A stretch of DNA of 64,000 bases. It comes from Candidatus Levybacteria bacterium GW2011_GWA1_37_16. GTDB taxonomy: Bacteria; Patescibacteriota; Microgenomatia; Levybacterales; UBA12049. The stretch lies in NCBI GenBank assembly GCA_943357985.1, contig CALRGR010000004.1, positions 1,238 through 65,237 on the forward strand, written 5' to 3'. The translations under genes were made by a program, and so were the position numbers. Shown here piece by piece: positions 17,729 to 27,749 of the stretch (position 1 is the first letter of the stretch; the number at the start of each line of letters is the position of its first letter). The notes beneath the pieces are model-generated. The model was not told the DNA's origin. It saw only the letters and a program-made list of their open reading frames with translations, and made no database searches.

Positions 17729-19273
17729 ATGGTTTTTTACAGAAAATACAGACCCTTAACAATTGAAGAGTTAGACAGCGAGCAAGTTCGTGTTAAGCTC
17801 TCTTCAATACTTACTGCCAAAGAACTTTCCCACGCGTTTCTATTTACAGGTCCAAAAGGTTTAGGAAAAACTTCAACTGCAAGGATTGTTGCAAAAATTG
17901 TAAACTGCGAAAACAAAACCCGTTCTGCATCCATCGGCTCCGCTCAGGACAGGAGCTCAGGGCAAGCAGGGTTTGAACCATGCAATAAATGTGACCAGTG
18001 TATATCAACAATGGAAGGACGCAATTTTGATGTTTTGGAAATTGATGCTGCTTCAAATAGGGGAATTGATGAGATAAGGGATTTGCGGGAGAAAATAAGA
18101 CTTGCTCCAATGAAGGCTTCCAAAAAGGTTTACATAATTGATGAGGTTCACATGTTAACGGCCGAAGCTTTTGATGCGCTTTTGAAAACTTTGGAAGAAC
18201 CACCGGCTCACGCAATTTTTATACTTTGTACAACGGAGCCGCATAAGGTTCCGGCAACTATAGTGTCGCGCTGCGTACATATTACTTTCAATAAGGCAAC
18301 AGATGTAGAATTGGTAAGAGCTTTTGAGCGGATAGCAAAGGGCGAGAAGTTAAATATCCAACCCCATGTTTTGGAAGAGATTGCAAAAATGTCCGACGGA
18401 AGTTTTAGAGATGGTACAAAAATACTTGAGGAGTTGGCGATTGCTGCGGATAAAAAAAAGATAACCGAAGAACTTTTGGAAAGTATTTATAAAACCTCAA
18501 GTCTTGTAATTATTATTGAAAAACTTTTAAAAGCATTATCGGAAAAAGATATAAAATCGGCCCTTTCTCTAATTGGAAAATGCTCGGAGCAAGGAATTGA
18601 TATTAAGTATTTTACGGATCAATTTATTGAAGCTCTTCACAAAATACTTTTGTTTCAATTTAAGGTAACTTCGTCTGCTCCTGCAGGTGGGTTTTCGGCA
18701 GAAGAAATTAAAAAGCTAATAGAACTAGTGACAAAATATTATCCACAATTAAAATACTCGGTTATACCGCAGCTGCCACTTGAAATGGCAGTAATAGAAT
18801 ATTGTCAGGGGGACTCCAGCTCTGCTCGTTTGTCACATGCTGCAAGTGGCGCTCAGGATGACACTTGGGGTCCTGCCGCTCCTTCGTCCCGTCCGACGTC
18901 CTCACTTCCGCTTCGCCCGTTGCGGTCGCTCGACGGGACCCCCTCCAGTCGCGTCACCCCTTCGCAAGATGAGAAATCTGACGAAAATAATAATAGTAGG
19001 CAGACGTCTATAGAACAAAGAACCGGCGGGGCAACAAGTTTCTTGCAGGAATTAATTGAAGAAGTAAAACCACATAATCATTCCATTGCAGGAGTTTTGC
19101 GGGGGTGCAGTGCGGAAATTGACGGAAATAAAGTTAATATAACTACAAAATATAAATTTCATAAAGAAAAACTTGAAGAGGGAAAAACTTTAGAAGTCTT
19201 GGAAAAAGTAGCGAGTGCTTTAATTGGAAAAAAGGCTCAAGTTTCAGTTATACTAAAGGAGGTGAAGTTTTAA
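17729..19273 (+). CDS. dnaX: DNA polymerase III subunit gamma/tau
   Basis: YRKYRP, GPKGLGKT, EIDAASN, IIDEVHML, SRC. Confidence 0.96.
   Translation: MVFYRKYRPLTIEELDSEQVRVKLSSILTAKELSHAFLFTGPKGLGKTSTARIVAKIVNCENKTRSASIGSAQDRSSGQAGFEPCNKCDQCISTMEGRNFDVLEIDAASNRGIDEIRDLREKIRLAPMKASKKVYIIDEVHMLTAEAFDALLKTLEEPPAHAIFILCTTEPHKVPATIVSRCVHITFNKATDVELVRAFERIAKGEKLNIQPHVLEEIAKMSDGSFRDGTKILEELAIAADKKKITEELLESIYKTSSLVIIIEKLLKALSEKDIKSALSLIGKCSEQGIDIKYFTDQFIEALHKILLFQFKVTSSAPAGGFSAEEIKKLIELVTKYYPQLKYSVIPQLPLEMAVIEYCQGDSSSARLSHAASGAQDDTWGPAAPSSRPTSSLPLRPLRSLDGTPSSRVTPSQDEKSDENNNSRQTSIEQRTGGATSFLQELIEEVKPHNHSIAGVLRGCSAEIDGNKVNITTKYKFHKEKLEEGKTLEVLEKVASALIGKKAQVSVILKEVKF
18806..18963 (+). repeat. GC-rich composite palindromic insertion, in frame in dnaX
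   Basis: tgtca..gctcaggatgaca hairpin; gtcccgtc/gacgggac stem; 21/24 match to rluD 49464-49487. Confidence 0.7.
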
Positions 19274-19274
19274 A

Positions 19275-19553
19275 ATGATGAATCCATTTTCCAAACTTGG
19301 TGAACTTAAAAAAATGAGAGACCAGGCAATGCAAATACAAAAAGTTTTACAGGCAGAAGTATTAGATATTGAACAAAGAGGGGTTAACATAAAAATAACA
19401 GGAGACCAGAAAATAAGAGAGATTATAACTAACGGCCGTTCTGATGATGATATAAAAGAAGCAATTAATGAGGCTATTAAAAAGTCTCAGGAAGTTGCAG
19501 CAAGAAAGCTTTCTCAAATGGGTGGAGGATTAGGAGGTTTACTTGGTTCCTAA
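19275..19553 (+). CDS. ybaB: YbaB/EbfC nucleoid-associated protein
   Basis: Position between dnaX and recR; QAMQIQKVL, EAINEA. Confidence 0.85.
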   Translation: MMNPFSKLGELKKMRDQAMQIQKVLQAEVLDIEQRGVNIKITGDQKIREIITNGRSDDDIKEAINEAIKKSQEVAARKLSQMGGGLGGLLGS

Positions 19554-20433
19554 GATTTTTAGCGGAAGCGCAAATAGGCCACTAGCCGAAAAAGTTTGTC
19601 AGCTGCTTGAAGTAAAACTTTCTCCTTTGGAAATACATGTATTTCCTGATGGAGAAAAAAGAGTAAGAGTTGTTGATAGAGTTTTAGACCAGCAATGTGT
19701 GGTTATTCAATCAACGTCTATTCCTGCTGCAGACAATTACATGGAGCTCTTCTTTATAATAGATGCTCTTAAAAGAAGCGGTGCAAAGTCTGTTACCGCA
19801 GTTATTCCGTATCTTGGATATCAAAGGCAAGACCATATTTTTAAAGACGGAGAAGCGGTCTCCTTGGATGTAGTAGTTAAGGCACTTGAAGCCGCAGGGG
19901 CAACAAAGATTATAACTTTTGATCTTCACACAATTAAAATCCCTGAACTTTTCAATATTCCCGTAACTCACTTATCCGCTCTTCCTCTTTTTGCCTCAAA
20001 AATAGATAAAGCCGGTGCGGTTTTAATATCTCCCGACATGGGAGGAATCCGCCGAATTAAGATAATATCGGAACTTCTGGGTAACATGCCTTATGCAACA
20101 GTTGCTAAAGATAGAGATTTAGATAGCGGAGAAGTAGCTGCTACAAAGATAGAGGGAGAAGTTTCCAAAATTGCAATTATTGTTGATGATATGATTTCAA
20201 GCGGTAAAACAATTACTATGGGTGCAAAACTTCTTAAAGAGAATGGAGCAGAAGAAGTAATTGCCATGGCAACGCACGCTGTTTTTTCAGAAGGAGCTGC
20301 GAAAGTTTTGCAAGATAGTGTTATTTCAAAGGTAATTGTCACAGACAGCATTGAAATTGCCGAAGATAAGAAATTTGAAAAATTGGAGATTGTTTCTATT
20401 GCAGGAGAGATAGCAAAGGAAATAAAAGCATGA
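19543..20433 (+). CDS. prs: Ribose-phosphate pyrophosphokinase
   Basis: FPDGE, PYLGYQRQD, DLH, SPDMGG, IVDDMISSG; TTG start. Confidence 0.94.
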   Translation: MVPKIFSGSANRPLAEKVCQLLEVKLSPLEIHVFPDGEKRVRVVDRVLDQQCVVIQSTSIPAADNYMELFFIIDALKRSGAKSVTAVIPYLGYQRQDHIFKDGEAVSLDVVVKALEAAGATKIITFDLHTIKIPELFNIPVTHLSALPLFASKIDKAGAVLISPDMGGIRRIKIISELLGNMPYATVAKDRDLDSGEVAATKIEGEVSKIAIIVDDMISSGKTITMGAKLLKENGAEEVIAMATHAVFSEGAAKVLQDSVISKVIVTDSIEIAEDKKFEKLEIVSIAGEIAKEIKA

Positions 20434-21044
20434 GAATTCCAAAAGCAATACAAAATTTAATTGAGAGCTTTGAAAGACTGCCAGGAGTAGGTCCTAAAAC
20501 GGCACAAAGATTAACTTTTTATTTACTTCATGTGCCTCAAGGGGAGTTGGATAAGTTTGCAGAGTCAATTTTAAATCTTAAAAAAAATACATTGCTTTGC
20601 TCGATATGTTTTACTGTTGATGAGACCGACCCCTGTTCCATATGTTCCGATACAAGAAGAAATAAAACTGTTGTTTGTGTAGTAGAGCAGCCTCTTGATG
20701 TTTTGGCTCTTGAGAAAAACGGGAAGTATGATGGTGTATACCATGTATTGCATGGAAAGATTGACCCGCTAAATAATATTGGTCCAGGGGAAATTTATAT
20801 TGATCAACTGCTGCAAAGAATAAAAGATTCTACAAACGGAAATTCAATCAAAGAAGTGATTTTGGCAACAAATCCTACAATGGAGGGTGAGGCTACGGCA
20901 ATGTATATTACAAAACAATTAAGAATTAATAATTCAAAATTAAGAATTACCAGGATAGGAAGAGGGCTTCCTGTGGGAGCGGATTTGGAATATGCAGACG
21001 AAGTAACTCTTCAGCGCGCAATGGAAGGACGTAGCGACTACTAA
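20430..21044 (+). CDS. recR: Recombination mediator RecR
   Basis: LPGVGPKTAQR, C4 zinc finger, ATNPTMEGEATA. Confidence 0.96.
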   Translation: MRIPKAIQNLIESFERLPGVGPKTAQRLTFYLLHVPQGELDKFAESILNLKKNTLLCSICFTVDETDPCSICSDTRRNKTVVCVVEQPLDVLALEKNGKYDGVYHVLHGKIDPLNNIGPGEIYIDQLLQRIKDSTNGNSIKEVILATNPTMEGEATAMYITKQLRINNSKLRITRIGRGLPVGADLEYADEVTLQRAMEGRSDY

Positions 21045-21544
21045 TGGATACAAATAATGTTTTTGGTGAAGTTTTAGAAAGCGCCGGAACCGCTGCCAAG
21101 CAAACAGGACAGGCTGCCGCAAATGCTGTTTCGGACACTGCTAAAGCAGCTGCTTCCCAAATTACCGGCTCACAAGGAGATAGCCCGGCTTCTCCCCAAG
21201 ATGTTTCAAATCAGGATGTGGTCAAAGGTCTTTATGAAGAATCTCAGCCTCAGAATACAAATCCTCAACAGCCTGCCATGGTTAGTAATGTTCCTTCCGA
21301 TAGTTCGGAAAAGACTCCGGAGGAACTGGCAAATCTTGAGTTAGTTAGAAAAGAACTTCATGCGGCTTATTACCAATCGGTCGTAAATCCTCCAACACAA
21401 GAAGAAGAATCAGTTTCTGAAAAAATAGAACGGGAAGATAGGCAGGAGGATATGGAACTTCAACAAAAAGAAATGGAAAAACCGCCGGAGCTTGTGCAAA
21501 GAGCAGCGCAAAGAGTTGAAAAAAACCCAGGAGCCAGCGGATGA
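21044..21544 (+). CDS. Hypothetical acidic low-complexity protein
   Basis: Translationally coupled to recR and cysS. Confidence 0.65.
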   Translation: MDTNNVFGEVLESAGTAAKQTGQAAANAVSDTAKAAASQITGSQGDSPASPQDVSNQDVVKGLYEESQPQNTNPQQPAMVSNVPSDSSEKTPEELANLELVRKELHAAYYQSVVNPPTQEEESVSEKIEREDRQEDMELQQKEMEKPPELVQRAAQRVEKNPGASG

Positions 21545-22896
21545 AACTATATAATACTTTAACTCGGAAGGTTGAAGAGTTTGAGCCAATAAATCCGCCA
21601 AATGTTGGCATGTATACTTGCGGACCTACTGTTTATGATTTTATGCACATTGGAAACCTGCGGACGTTTATTCTATCTGACTTATTACTTCGTACTCTGA
21701 AATTCAATGGTTACAAAGTAAATGCAGTACAAAATATCACAGATATTGATGACAAGATTATAAAAAGAGCGCAGGAGCAAAATACTACGATAGAGACAGT
21801 AGCAAATGAGTTTACGGAAATATTTATCCAAGATGTGAGAGCTTTGAATATTGACCTGAAAAAAGGAAAACAGCCTAGAGCAACTGCATACGTTGAGCTA
21901 ATGGTTAAATACATAGCAATCCTTATAGACAAAGGATTTGCATACGAAAAAGAGGGCTCCGTATATTTTGACATTACAAAATTCCCTGATTACGGTAAGC
22001 TTTCCGGAGTTTCGACTAGAGAGCTCAAAACCGGAACGCGCAGTCTTGCCGACAATTACACTAAGGATGATGTCGCCGATTTTGTTTTATGGAAAGCCGT
22101 TGCCGATGATGGAACAAAGAGATTTGAAAGTCCTTGGGGTTGGGGAAGACCTGGGTGGCATATTGAGTGTTCGGTTATGAGTCAACTTACCTTGGGTGAT
22201 CAGTTTGATATTCATGTTGGAGGAGTAGATTTAATTTTCCCGCATCATGAAAATGAAATTGCGCAAAGTGAAGCAGCCACAGATAAAAAGCCCTTCGTTA
22301 AATATTGGGTACACGGAGCTCATCTTCTGGTTGATGGAGCTAAAATGAGTAAATCTTTGGATAACTTTTATACTTTAAAAGATATCGAGGAGCAGGGATT
22401 TGATGTGTTGGCTCTTAGATATCTTTATCTTCAAACTCACTACAGGCAGGAAGTGAACTTTACATGGGACAGCTTGGAAGCCGCGCAAACAGCACTTGAA
22501 AGACTACGCAATGAAGTCTCGGATTCAAAAAAAGATGGGATAGTCTCGGCGGAATTCGAAAGACACTTCAAGGATGCAATCAATAATGACTTAAATTTAT
22601 CTCAGGCATTGGCAGTTGTTTGGGAAATGTTAAAATCAAATATTTTAGAAGAGGACAAAGTAGCCACTCTATTTGAGATGGATAAAGTACTAGGACTAGA
22701 TCTTAAGAATAAACAAAAAAAGAAAGAAATTGAGATTCCCGAGGAAGTGCAAAGTTTAGTAAGGGAAAGGGAAGCGTTAAGAAAAGAAAAGAGATATCCC
22801 CAGGCAGATCAGTGGAGAAATAAAATAAGAAAGCTAGGTTTTGACATTGAAGACAAAGATGGGGAAACAATTGTCGTAAAGCTCAATCGGAATTGA
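21541..22896 (+). CDS. cysS: Cysteine--tRNA ligase
   Basis: CGPTVY, HIGN, GRPGWHIECS, FPHHENE, KMSKS. Confidence 0.97.
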   Translation: MKLYNTLTRKVEEFEPINPPNVGMYTCGPTVYDFMHIGNLRTFILSDLLLRTLKFNGYKVNAVQNITDIDDKIIKRAQEQNTTIETVANEFTEIFIQDVRALNIDLKKGKQPRATAYVELMVKYIAILIDKGFAYEKEGSVYFDITKFPDYGKLSGVSTRELKTGTRSLADNYTKDDVADFVLWKAVADDGTKRFESPWGWGRPGWHIECSVMSQLTLGDQFDIHVGGVDLIFPHHENEIAQSEAATDKKPFVKYWVHGAHLLVDGAKMSKSLDNFYTLKDIEEQGFDVLALRYLYLQTHYRQEVNFTWDSLEAAQTALERLRNEVSDSKKDGIVSAEFERHFKDAINNDLNLSQALAVVWEMLKSNILEEDKVATLFEMDKVLGLDLKNKQKKKEIEIPEEVQSLVREREALRKEKRYPQADQWRNKIRKLGFDIEDKDGETIVVKLNRN

Positions 22897-22940
22897 CCCA
22901 TTCGGCAAGCTCAGGGTCTTCGCCTCGCTAGGGGCTCGGC
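22895..22940 (+). repeat. Palindromic repeat (TTCG..GCTCAGG family) followed by a second GC-rich hairpin
   Basis: gacccattcggcaagctcagggtc overlaps the cysS stop; followed by ttcgcctcgctaggggctcggc. Confidence 0.7.
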
Positions 22941-22982
22941 TTGACAAGAAGTAAAAGATTATTGTACGCTATTATTTATCTT

Positions 22983-23606
22983 ATGAAGTTAATTAAGTTT
23001 TTAATTCTTCCCATTTTACTTTTAGCTTTTTTCCAAGTTGCCTATTCTGTGAATGCTCAAACGCTTAATACAGCCTCTTCAGTAGCAGACAGACCCACTA
23101 AAGCCGCAGTGAAAGCAGACATTAGAGCATCAGCATCCGCGGCAAAACAGGCCAGAAAAGACGCACTTTCAGACCTTAAAGTTAAAGCATGCGAGGCAAG
23201 GCAAGCAGGAATTATAGAACGTTCAGACCTGATAGTTAAAAGGGCAACTAATCAGCAAGAAGTATTTGCAAAGATTGCTGCAAGAGTTGAGCAGTTTTAT
23301 CAAACAAAGCTACTCCTGCAAGGCAAGATAGTTGCAAATTATGACGGCCTAGTTTCCGATATAACTACAAAAAGTGCTGCAATCGCTCCGCTTCTTGTCC
23401 AGGCGCAGTCTGATGCGGTAAATTTTAGCTGTGATAATGACCGTCCTGCAGAACAGGTTCAGACTTTCAATAAGGATATGAGAGCAGTTATGTCCGCACT
23501 TGAAGCTTACAGAAAATCCGTAAGAACACTTATTGTGGCAGTTAAAGGAGTAACAGGAGCAGAACATAGCGCAACAAATTCGGCAAAGCCCGTAACAGTT
23601 CAATAA
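22983..23606 (+). CDS. Secreted Ala-rich helical hypothetical protein
   Basis: Signal peptide MKLIKFLILPILLLAFFQVAYSVNA. Confidence 0.7.
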   Translation: MKLIKFLILPILLLAFFQVAYSVNAQTLNTASSVADRPTKAAVKADIRASASAAKQARKDALSDLKVKACEARQAGIIERSDLIVKRATNQQEVFAKIAARVEQFYQTKLLLQGKIVANYDGLVSDITTKSAAIAPLLVQAQSDAVNFSCDNDRPAEQVQTFNKDMRAVMSALEAYRKSVRTLIVAVKGVTGAEHSATNSAKPVTVQ

Positions 23607-23610
23607 AATT

Positions 23611-24036
23611 ATGGATAATCAAAATCAAACACAAAATCCAACCATGCCAGTTCAGGAAATGCCGCAAGCGGTTCCTCCGCCTCCGCCAGTAGCTGTTCCA
23701 GTTCCAGCACCTCAGTCTGTCCAAAGTCAGCAAGTTCCAGCTCCGCCATCTTCAAGTGGCAGTAAAATGTTGTGGATAGTTTTAGCGGTAGTTGTAATTC
23801 TCCTTCTTGTTGCTGGAGGTTACTATTATTTTTCAATGAGTAAAAATAATGAAAGTCTTTCAGACTATCCAACTCCTACTGTTATGCCGCAGAATGGAAC
23901 CGAGACTCCAACGCCTACAGCAATTCAAAGCGCTTCAGATTTAAATGATGCGCTAATCCAAGTAGATAGTACAACGCCTTCAGCCACAACAGAATTAGAT
24001 CGAAATACTCTAGACTCCACCAGCTTTACCCCATAA
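23611..24036 (+). CDS. Pro-rich single-pass membrane protein
   Basis: P/Q-rich N-terminus, TM helix, PTP-rich C-terminus. Confidence 0.7.
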   Translation: MDNQNQTQNPTMPVQEMPQAVPPPPPVAVPVPAPQSVQSQQVPAPPSSSGSKMLWIVLAVVVILLLVAGGYYYFSMSKNNESLSDYPTPTVMPQNGTETPTPTAIQSASDLNDALIQVDSTTPSATTELDRNTLDSTSFTP

Positions 24037-24082
24037 AATTATTTTGTGATAAAATAACCTCATCAGAAGTTTAATTCTCGCT

Positions 24083-24568
24083 ATGGCACAAATCACTAAA
24101 CATTATAAACTCGGTCTTGTAATTGGAAGATTTCAGCCATTTCATTTGGGGCATAGATATTTAATACAAAAAGCCCTCGAAAGTGCAGACAAAATAATTA
24201 TTGGCATAGGCAGCGCAAACGTAACTGATGAAAATAACCCATATAGTTTTAAAAATAGGAAGAATATGATAGGGGAGTTTATAAAACAAGAGGGTTTAGA
24301 AGAAAGAGTTTCAAAAATAATTCCATCCGATGATATTCCAAGCGACGATATCTGGCTTGAGAAAGTCCTTGAAAATGCTCCGGATGTTGACGTAGTTATT
24401 GGCAACAATGACTGGACAAATGGCATTTTTGAAAAAGCAGGATTTAAAGTCATTTATGTGCCGTATTACAAAAGAGAACTTTATGAGGGGTGGAGGATTA
24501 GAAAACTTATGAAAGAAGGAAAAGATTGGCAAAATAGAGTCCCATCATATATAATCACATTTCTATGA
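24083..24568 (+). CDS. Nicotinamide-nucleotide adenylyltransferase (NadM-like)
   Basis: IGRFQPFHLGH, GIGSA, NPYS, W..RVP. Confidence 0.85.
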   Translation: MAQITKHYKLGLVIGRFQPFHLGHRYLIQKALESADKIIIGIGSANVTDENNPYSFKNRKNMIGEFIKQEGLEERVSKIIPSDDIPSDDIWLEKVLENAPDVDVVIGNNDWTNGIFEKAGFKVIYVPYYKRELYEGWRIRKLMKEGKDWQNRVPSYIITFL

Positions 24569-24993
24569 GAGAAATGAGCCCAGAGGATATTCCTCTAATT
24601 GCCGGAGAAGTATCTGCCCCTAGCCTTGCGGATAGTTGTAATCATGAAATGTTTCTTAAATGCACGACTGGTTTGTATTTATACATAGAAAGAAGTATAA
24701 ATGCTAAGTTATTCTTAGCTAATTTTTATGTATCGAGAGCAAAACTTACGGGTATTTATTTGGATCTTTATGATAGAACCGAACAACGTACTTTTATAGA
24801 AAGAGCAGTTCAAATTAGAAATACTACGCCGATTAGTATGTCATCCTGGGCTCAAAGAGCAGTAGGAGATTCAAAAACCGAGGCTAACATATTAGGAACA
24901 GAAGTGAAACGGATGAAAGAGGAAGCTGACATTGCTCAATTTGCAGCAAATATTTTCATCATAAAAATAGAAGCGGATAGAAACAAAAGATAA
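24565..24993 (+). CDS. Hypothetical protein
   Basis: 142-aa ORF with ATGA overlap. Confidence 0.5.
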   Translation: MREMSPEDIPLIAGEVSAPSLADSCNHEMFLKCTTGLYLYIERSINAKLFLANFYVSRAKLTGIYLDLYDRTEQRTFIERAVQIRNTTPISMSSWAQRAVGDSKTEANILGTEVKRMKEEADIAQFAANIFIIKIEADRNKR

Positions 24994-25030
24994 ATTTTAC
25001 TTTGGATCGGCTGTATTATATAATCGTAGC

Positions 25031-25429
25031 ATGACTGAATTGAAACAACAAACATCTTCGGAATTAGATCCACGTAAAGGCGTTAAGGATTTTTACGCTC
25101 TTAGATTTTGGATAGATAACTTTCCATCTTCTGACCTTCAAGCAGATGAAGAAACTGCAGAGCAAATGGTTCAGGCCGTTCCTTTATGGAAGATGTTTAT
25201 GAAGCAAAAAAGAACTCCAAATTTTGGTTTCCATCCCGACGTTGTAGATTCAATGGACATACAGTATCTTACTAATTTTGCAAAGAGGTACTCGGAAGAA
25301 GTAAATGTGCCGGTCGCTCATGGAGCGGCCAATTTAGACAGGGAAAGGCAGTATTGGCAAGTAAGAGAACAACTTGGGAATATGGTTCAGCAAAAACTGG
25401 TAGAAAATCCTCCCGCTGCTTCTAAATAA
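25031..25429 (+). CDS. Hypothetical protein
   Basis: 132-aa ORF; TATAAT 6 nt before ATG. Confidence 0.6.
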   Translation: MTELKQQTSSELDPRKGVKDFYALRFWIDNFPSSDLQADEETAEQMVQAVPLWKMFMKQKRTPNFGFHPDVVDSMDIQYLTNFAKRYSEEVNVPVAHGAANLDRERQYWQVREQLGNMVQQKLVENPPAASK

Positions 25430-25449
25430 TTTTTTGCTATAATTTGGAT

Positions 25450-25827
25450 ATGGATGATGCTCAAAAGAAAAAAAATTTAGATCCCGATTTGTATCACGTT
25501 GCCTTTGAGAAGGGGACAGAAGCGCCTTTTACAGGCAAATTCTATAAGCATTTTGAAGAAGGGATGTATGTATGCGCAGTTTGCGGAGAGGAACTTTTTG
25601 CGTCAGATACTAAATTCGATAGTGATTGCGGCTGGCCCTCTTTCGATAAAGAATTAAAGGGAAATGTTAAACTTGCGCAAGATAATTCTTTAGGAATGAA
25701 AAGAACAGAAGTACTGTGCAATAAATGCGGAGCGCATTTGGGACACATTTTTGACGACGGTCCAACAGAAACAGGAAAGAGATTTTGCATAAACTCTATA
25801 TCTCTTGATTTCAAGGAAAAGAAATAG
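25450..25827 (+). CDS. msrB: Methionine-R-sulfoxide reductase
   Basis: GTEAPFTG, KFDSDCGWPSF, HLGHIFDDGP, RFCINS. Confidence 0.96.
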   Translation: MDDAQKKKNLDPDLYHVAFEKGTEAPFTGKFYKHFEEGMYVCAVCGEELFASDTKFDSDCGWPSFDKELKGNVKLAQDNSLGMKRTEVLCNKCGAHLGHIFDDGPTETGKRFCINSISLDFKEKK

Positions 25828-25844
25828 CCTGCCGGCAGGCAGGC
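25827..25844 (+). repeat. GCCTGCCGGCAGGCAGGC repeat at the msrB stop
   Basis: Same element as in folA 5185-5201. Confidence 0.85.
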
Positions 25845-25867
25845 GTTTGGTATAATCTTCCAAAGAT

Positions 25868-26737
25868 ATGTCCAATGTAAAAAAAGTGTTAATCATTTTG
25901 CTGTCATTAGTGTTAGTTGATCTTGTAATTATTAAATATGTGGAATCACCAAACTTAGTTAGACTGAAAAACTTCATTATTCCTTCATCTGGATTGGAAA
26001 AAGTAGTCAGGAAGGTTCTTTCCGGCACTAGAGGAACATATTCCGTTGTAATTAAAAATTTAAAAACAGGGGAGTCGTACTATCTAGAAGAGAAAAAACA
26101 GTTTGAAGCAGGAAGTTTGTATAAAATCTGGATTTTATCAGAAACTATGAATCAGTTACAGAAAGGGAGAATTAAAGAGAATGAAGTTTTAAGTGAAGAG
26201 ATAGTGGTTCTGAATAAGGCATTTGATATATCTTCTGAATCGGCGGAGTTAACAGAAGGAACTTTAGAAATTACTGTTAGCAATGCTATAAGGCAAATGG
26301 TTGCAATTTCCCATAATTATTCAGCATTGATTTTGTCCAAAAAGATTGGTGTATCTAATGCTAAGAAATTTATAAAAGATAATGGTTTTGAGCAAACATC
26401 TCTTGGAATTCCACCAAAAACTACTGCGTTTGATGTATCGTTATTCTTTGAAAAATTATATAAGGGAGAAATTGTCAATCAACAGAGATCTGACAAGATG
26501 ATGGAACTTTTTAAGAAACAAGAATTAGATAATAAACTGCCAAAATATTTGCCAGAAGGGACGGTTGTAGCACATAAAACGGGAGAAATTAATTATTTTA
26601 GCCATGACGCGGGAATAGTTTTTGGTGAAAAAACTGATTATATTATTGTTGTTTTATCTGAAAGCACAAATCCTGCCGGAGCAGAGGATAGAATAGGAAA
26701 AATTTCAAAAGCAGTCTTTGATTATTTCGAAAAATGA
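25868..26737 (+). CDS. Serine hydrolase, beta-lactamase/PBP-like fold
   Basis: SLYK (SxxK), SHN, HKTG; N-terminal anchor. Confidence 0.85.
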   Translation: MSNVKKVLIILLSLVLVDLVIIKYVESPNLVRLKNFIIPSSGLEKVVRKVLSGTRGTYSVVIKNLKTGESYYLEEKKQFEAGSLYKIWILSETMNQLQKGRIKENEVLSEEIVVLNKAFDISSESAELTEGTLEITVSNAIRQMVAISHNYSALILSKKIGVSNAKKFIKDNGFEQTSLGIPPKTTAFDVSLFFEKLYKGEIVNQQRSDKMMELFKKQELDNKLPKYLPEGTVVAHKTGEINYFSHDAGIVFGEKTDYIIVVLSESTNPAGAEDRIGKISKAVFDYFEK

Positions 26738-26756
26738 CTCCATATTCCCAAAAAAC

Positions 26757-26790
26757 TAGCTACTTTCAGAGATACTCTCAAAAGTAGCTA
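26757..26790. terminator. Hairpin terminator between convergent genes
   Basis: tagctacttt...aaagtagcta inverted repeat. Confidence 0.65.
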
Positions 26791-26805
26791 ATTAATTATT
26801 TAGAA

Positions 26806-26994
26806 TTACTTCTTCTTGACTGTAAGAATTACGTACGCTAAGTAAACTGCTGCGCCTCCAAAAACAACAACGTTAACGTACATGCTAAAAGATCCAAAAG
26901 CAGATTGGACCAAATTTACGCCTGAAAATGCTTCATAGGCTGTTGAAAGACCACCAACTATAAGAACCCATTTAGAAAATTTAACTAAATTCAT
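26806..26994 (-). CDS. Small two-TM membrane protein (DUF378-like)
   Basis: WVLIVGGL..., two hydrophobic helices, GGGGTG SD-like site. Confidence 0.6.
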   Translation of the reverse strand: MNLVKFSKWVLIVGGLSTAYEAFSGVNLVQSAFGSFSMYVNVVVFGGAAVYLAYVILTVKKK

Positions 26995-27077
26995 TTTTAT
27001 CACCCCCTTTTAAATACTAATTAATCATATACATATTTGAAATTTTTTGCCAACAGCTATTTTTTGAGGAGTAATAA

Positions 27078-27707
27078 TTATTTGGAAGATCGTTTGTGTC
27101 TTGTGTATTCAAAGAGCATGGGGATGAGGGAAACGAAAACTATTCCAATTACCGCAAATTCGAAATTTTCTTGTATAAAAGGTAGTCCGCCAAAGAAGTA
27201 TCCCGCGAATGTTAAGCTTGTAACCCAAATAAATGCTCCTATAACATTGTAGGCAAGGAAAGTGTTGTAATGCATTTGTCCAACTCCTGCTACGAAGGGT
27301 GCAAAAGTACGAATTATTGGCACAAACCTGGCAAGTATAATTGTTTTTTTGCCGTGATTTTCATAGAACGCCCTGGTTTTGTCAAGATATTTTTTATTAA
27401 ATAACCAAGAATCTTCTTTGGTAAAAACACGAGTTCCAAAGCGATGGCCCAGAAAGTAATTTACCGTATCTCCCACAATTGCAGCAATGAGAAGCGTAAG
27501 GTAAACTGCCCAAATGTTTAATAATTCTCTTCCGGCAAGAGTTCCGGCTATAAAAAGAAGGGAATCTCCTGGCAAAAAAGGTGTTACAACAAGACCGGTT
27601 TCTGCAAAAACTATTAGAAATAAAACAACGTAGGAAAATGAACCAAACATATTAATAATATTTTTGAGGTGTTCGTCAAAGTGAAGGATAAAACTAAATA
27701 ATTCCAT
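27078..27707 (-). CDS. dedA: DedA family membrane protein
   Basis: ETGLVVTPFLPGDSLLF, GDTVNY, ARFVPIIRTFAPFVAG. Confidence 0.93.
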   Translation of the reverse strand: MELFSFILHFDEHLKNIINMFGSFSYVVLFLIVFAETGLVVTPFLPGDSLLFIAGTLAGRELLNIWAVYLTLLIAAIVGDTVNYFLGHRFGTRVFTKEDSWLFNKKYLDKTRAFYENHGKKTIILARFVPIIRTFAPFVAGVGQMHYNTFLAYNVIGAFIWVTSLTFAGYFFGGLPFIQENFEFAVIGIVFVSLIPMLFEYTRHKRSSK

Positions 27708-27749
27708 AAAATAATTATATCATAAAATTTCGTGTTATAATCTTCTGAA

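Noticed and set aside
25868-26737. Class A beta-lactamase resistance gene
   Set aside because: SxxK, SxN and KTG are present, but the omega-loop region (E166 equivalent) appears deleted; a PBP-like hydrolase is more likely.
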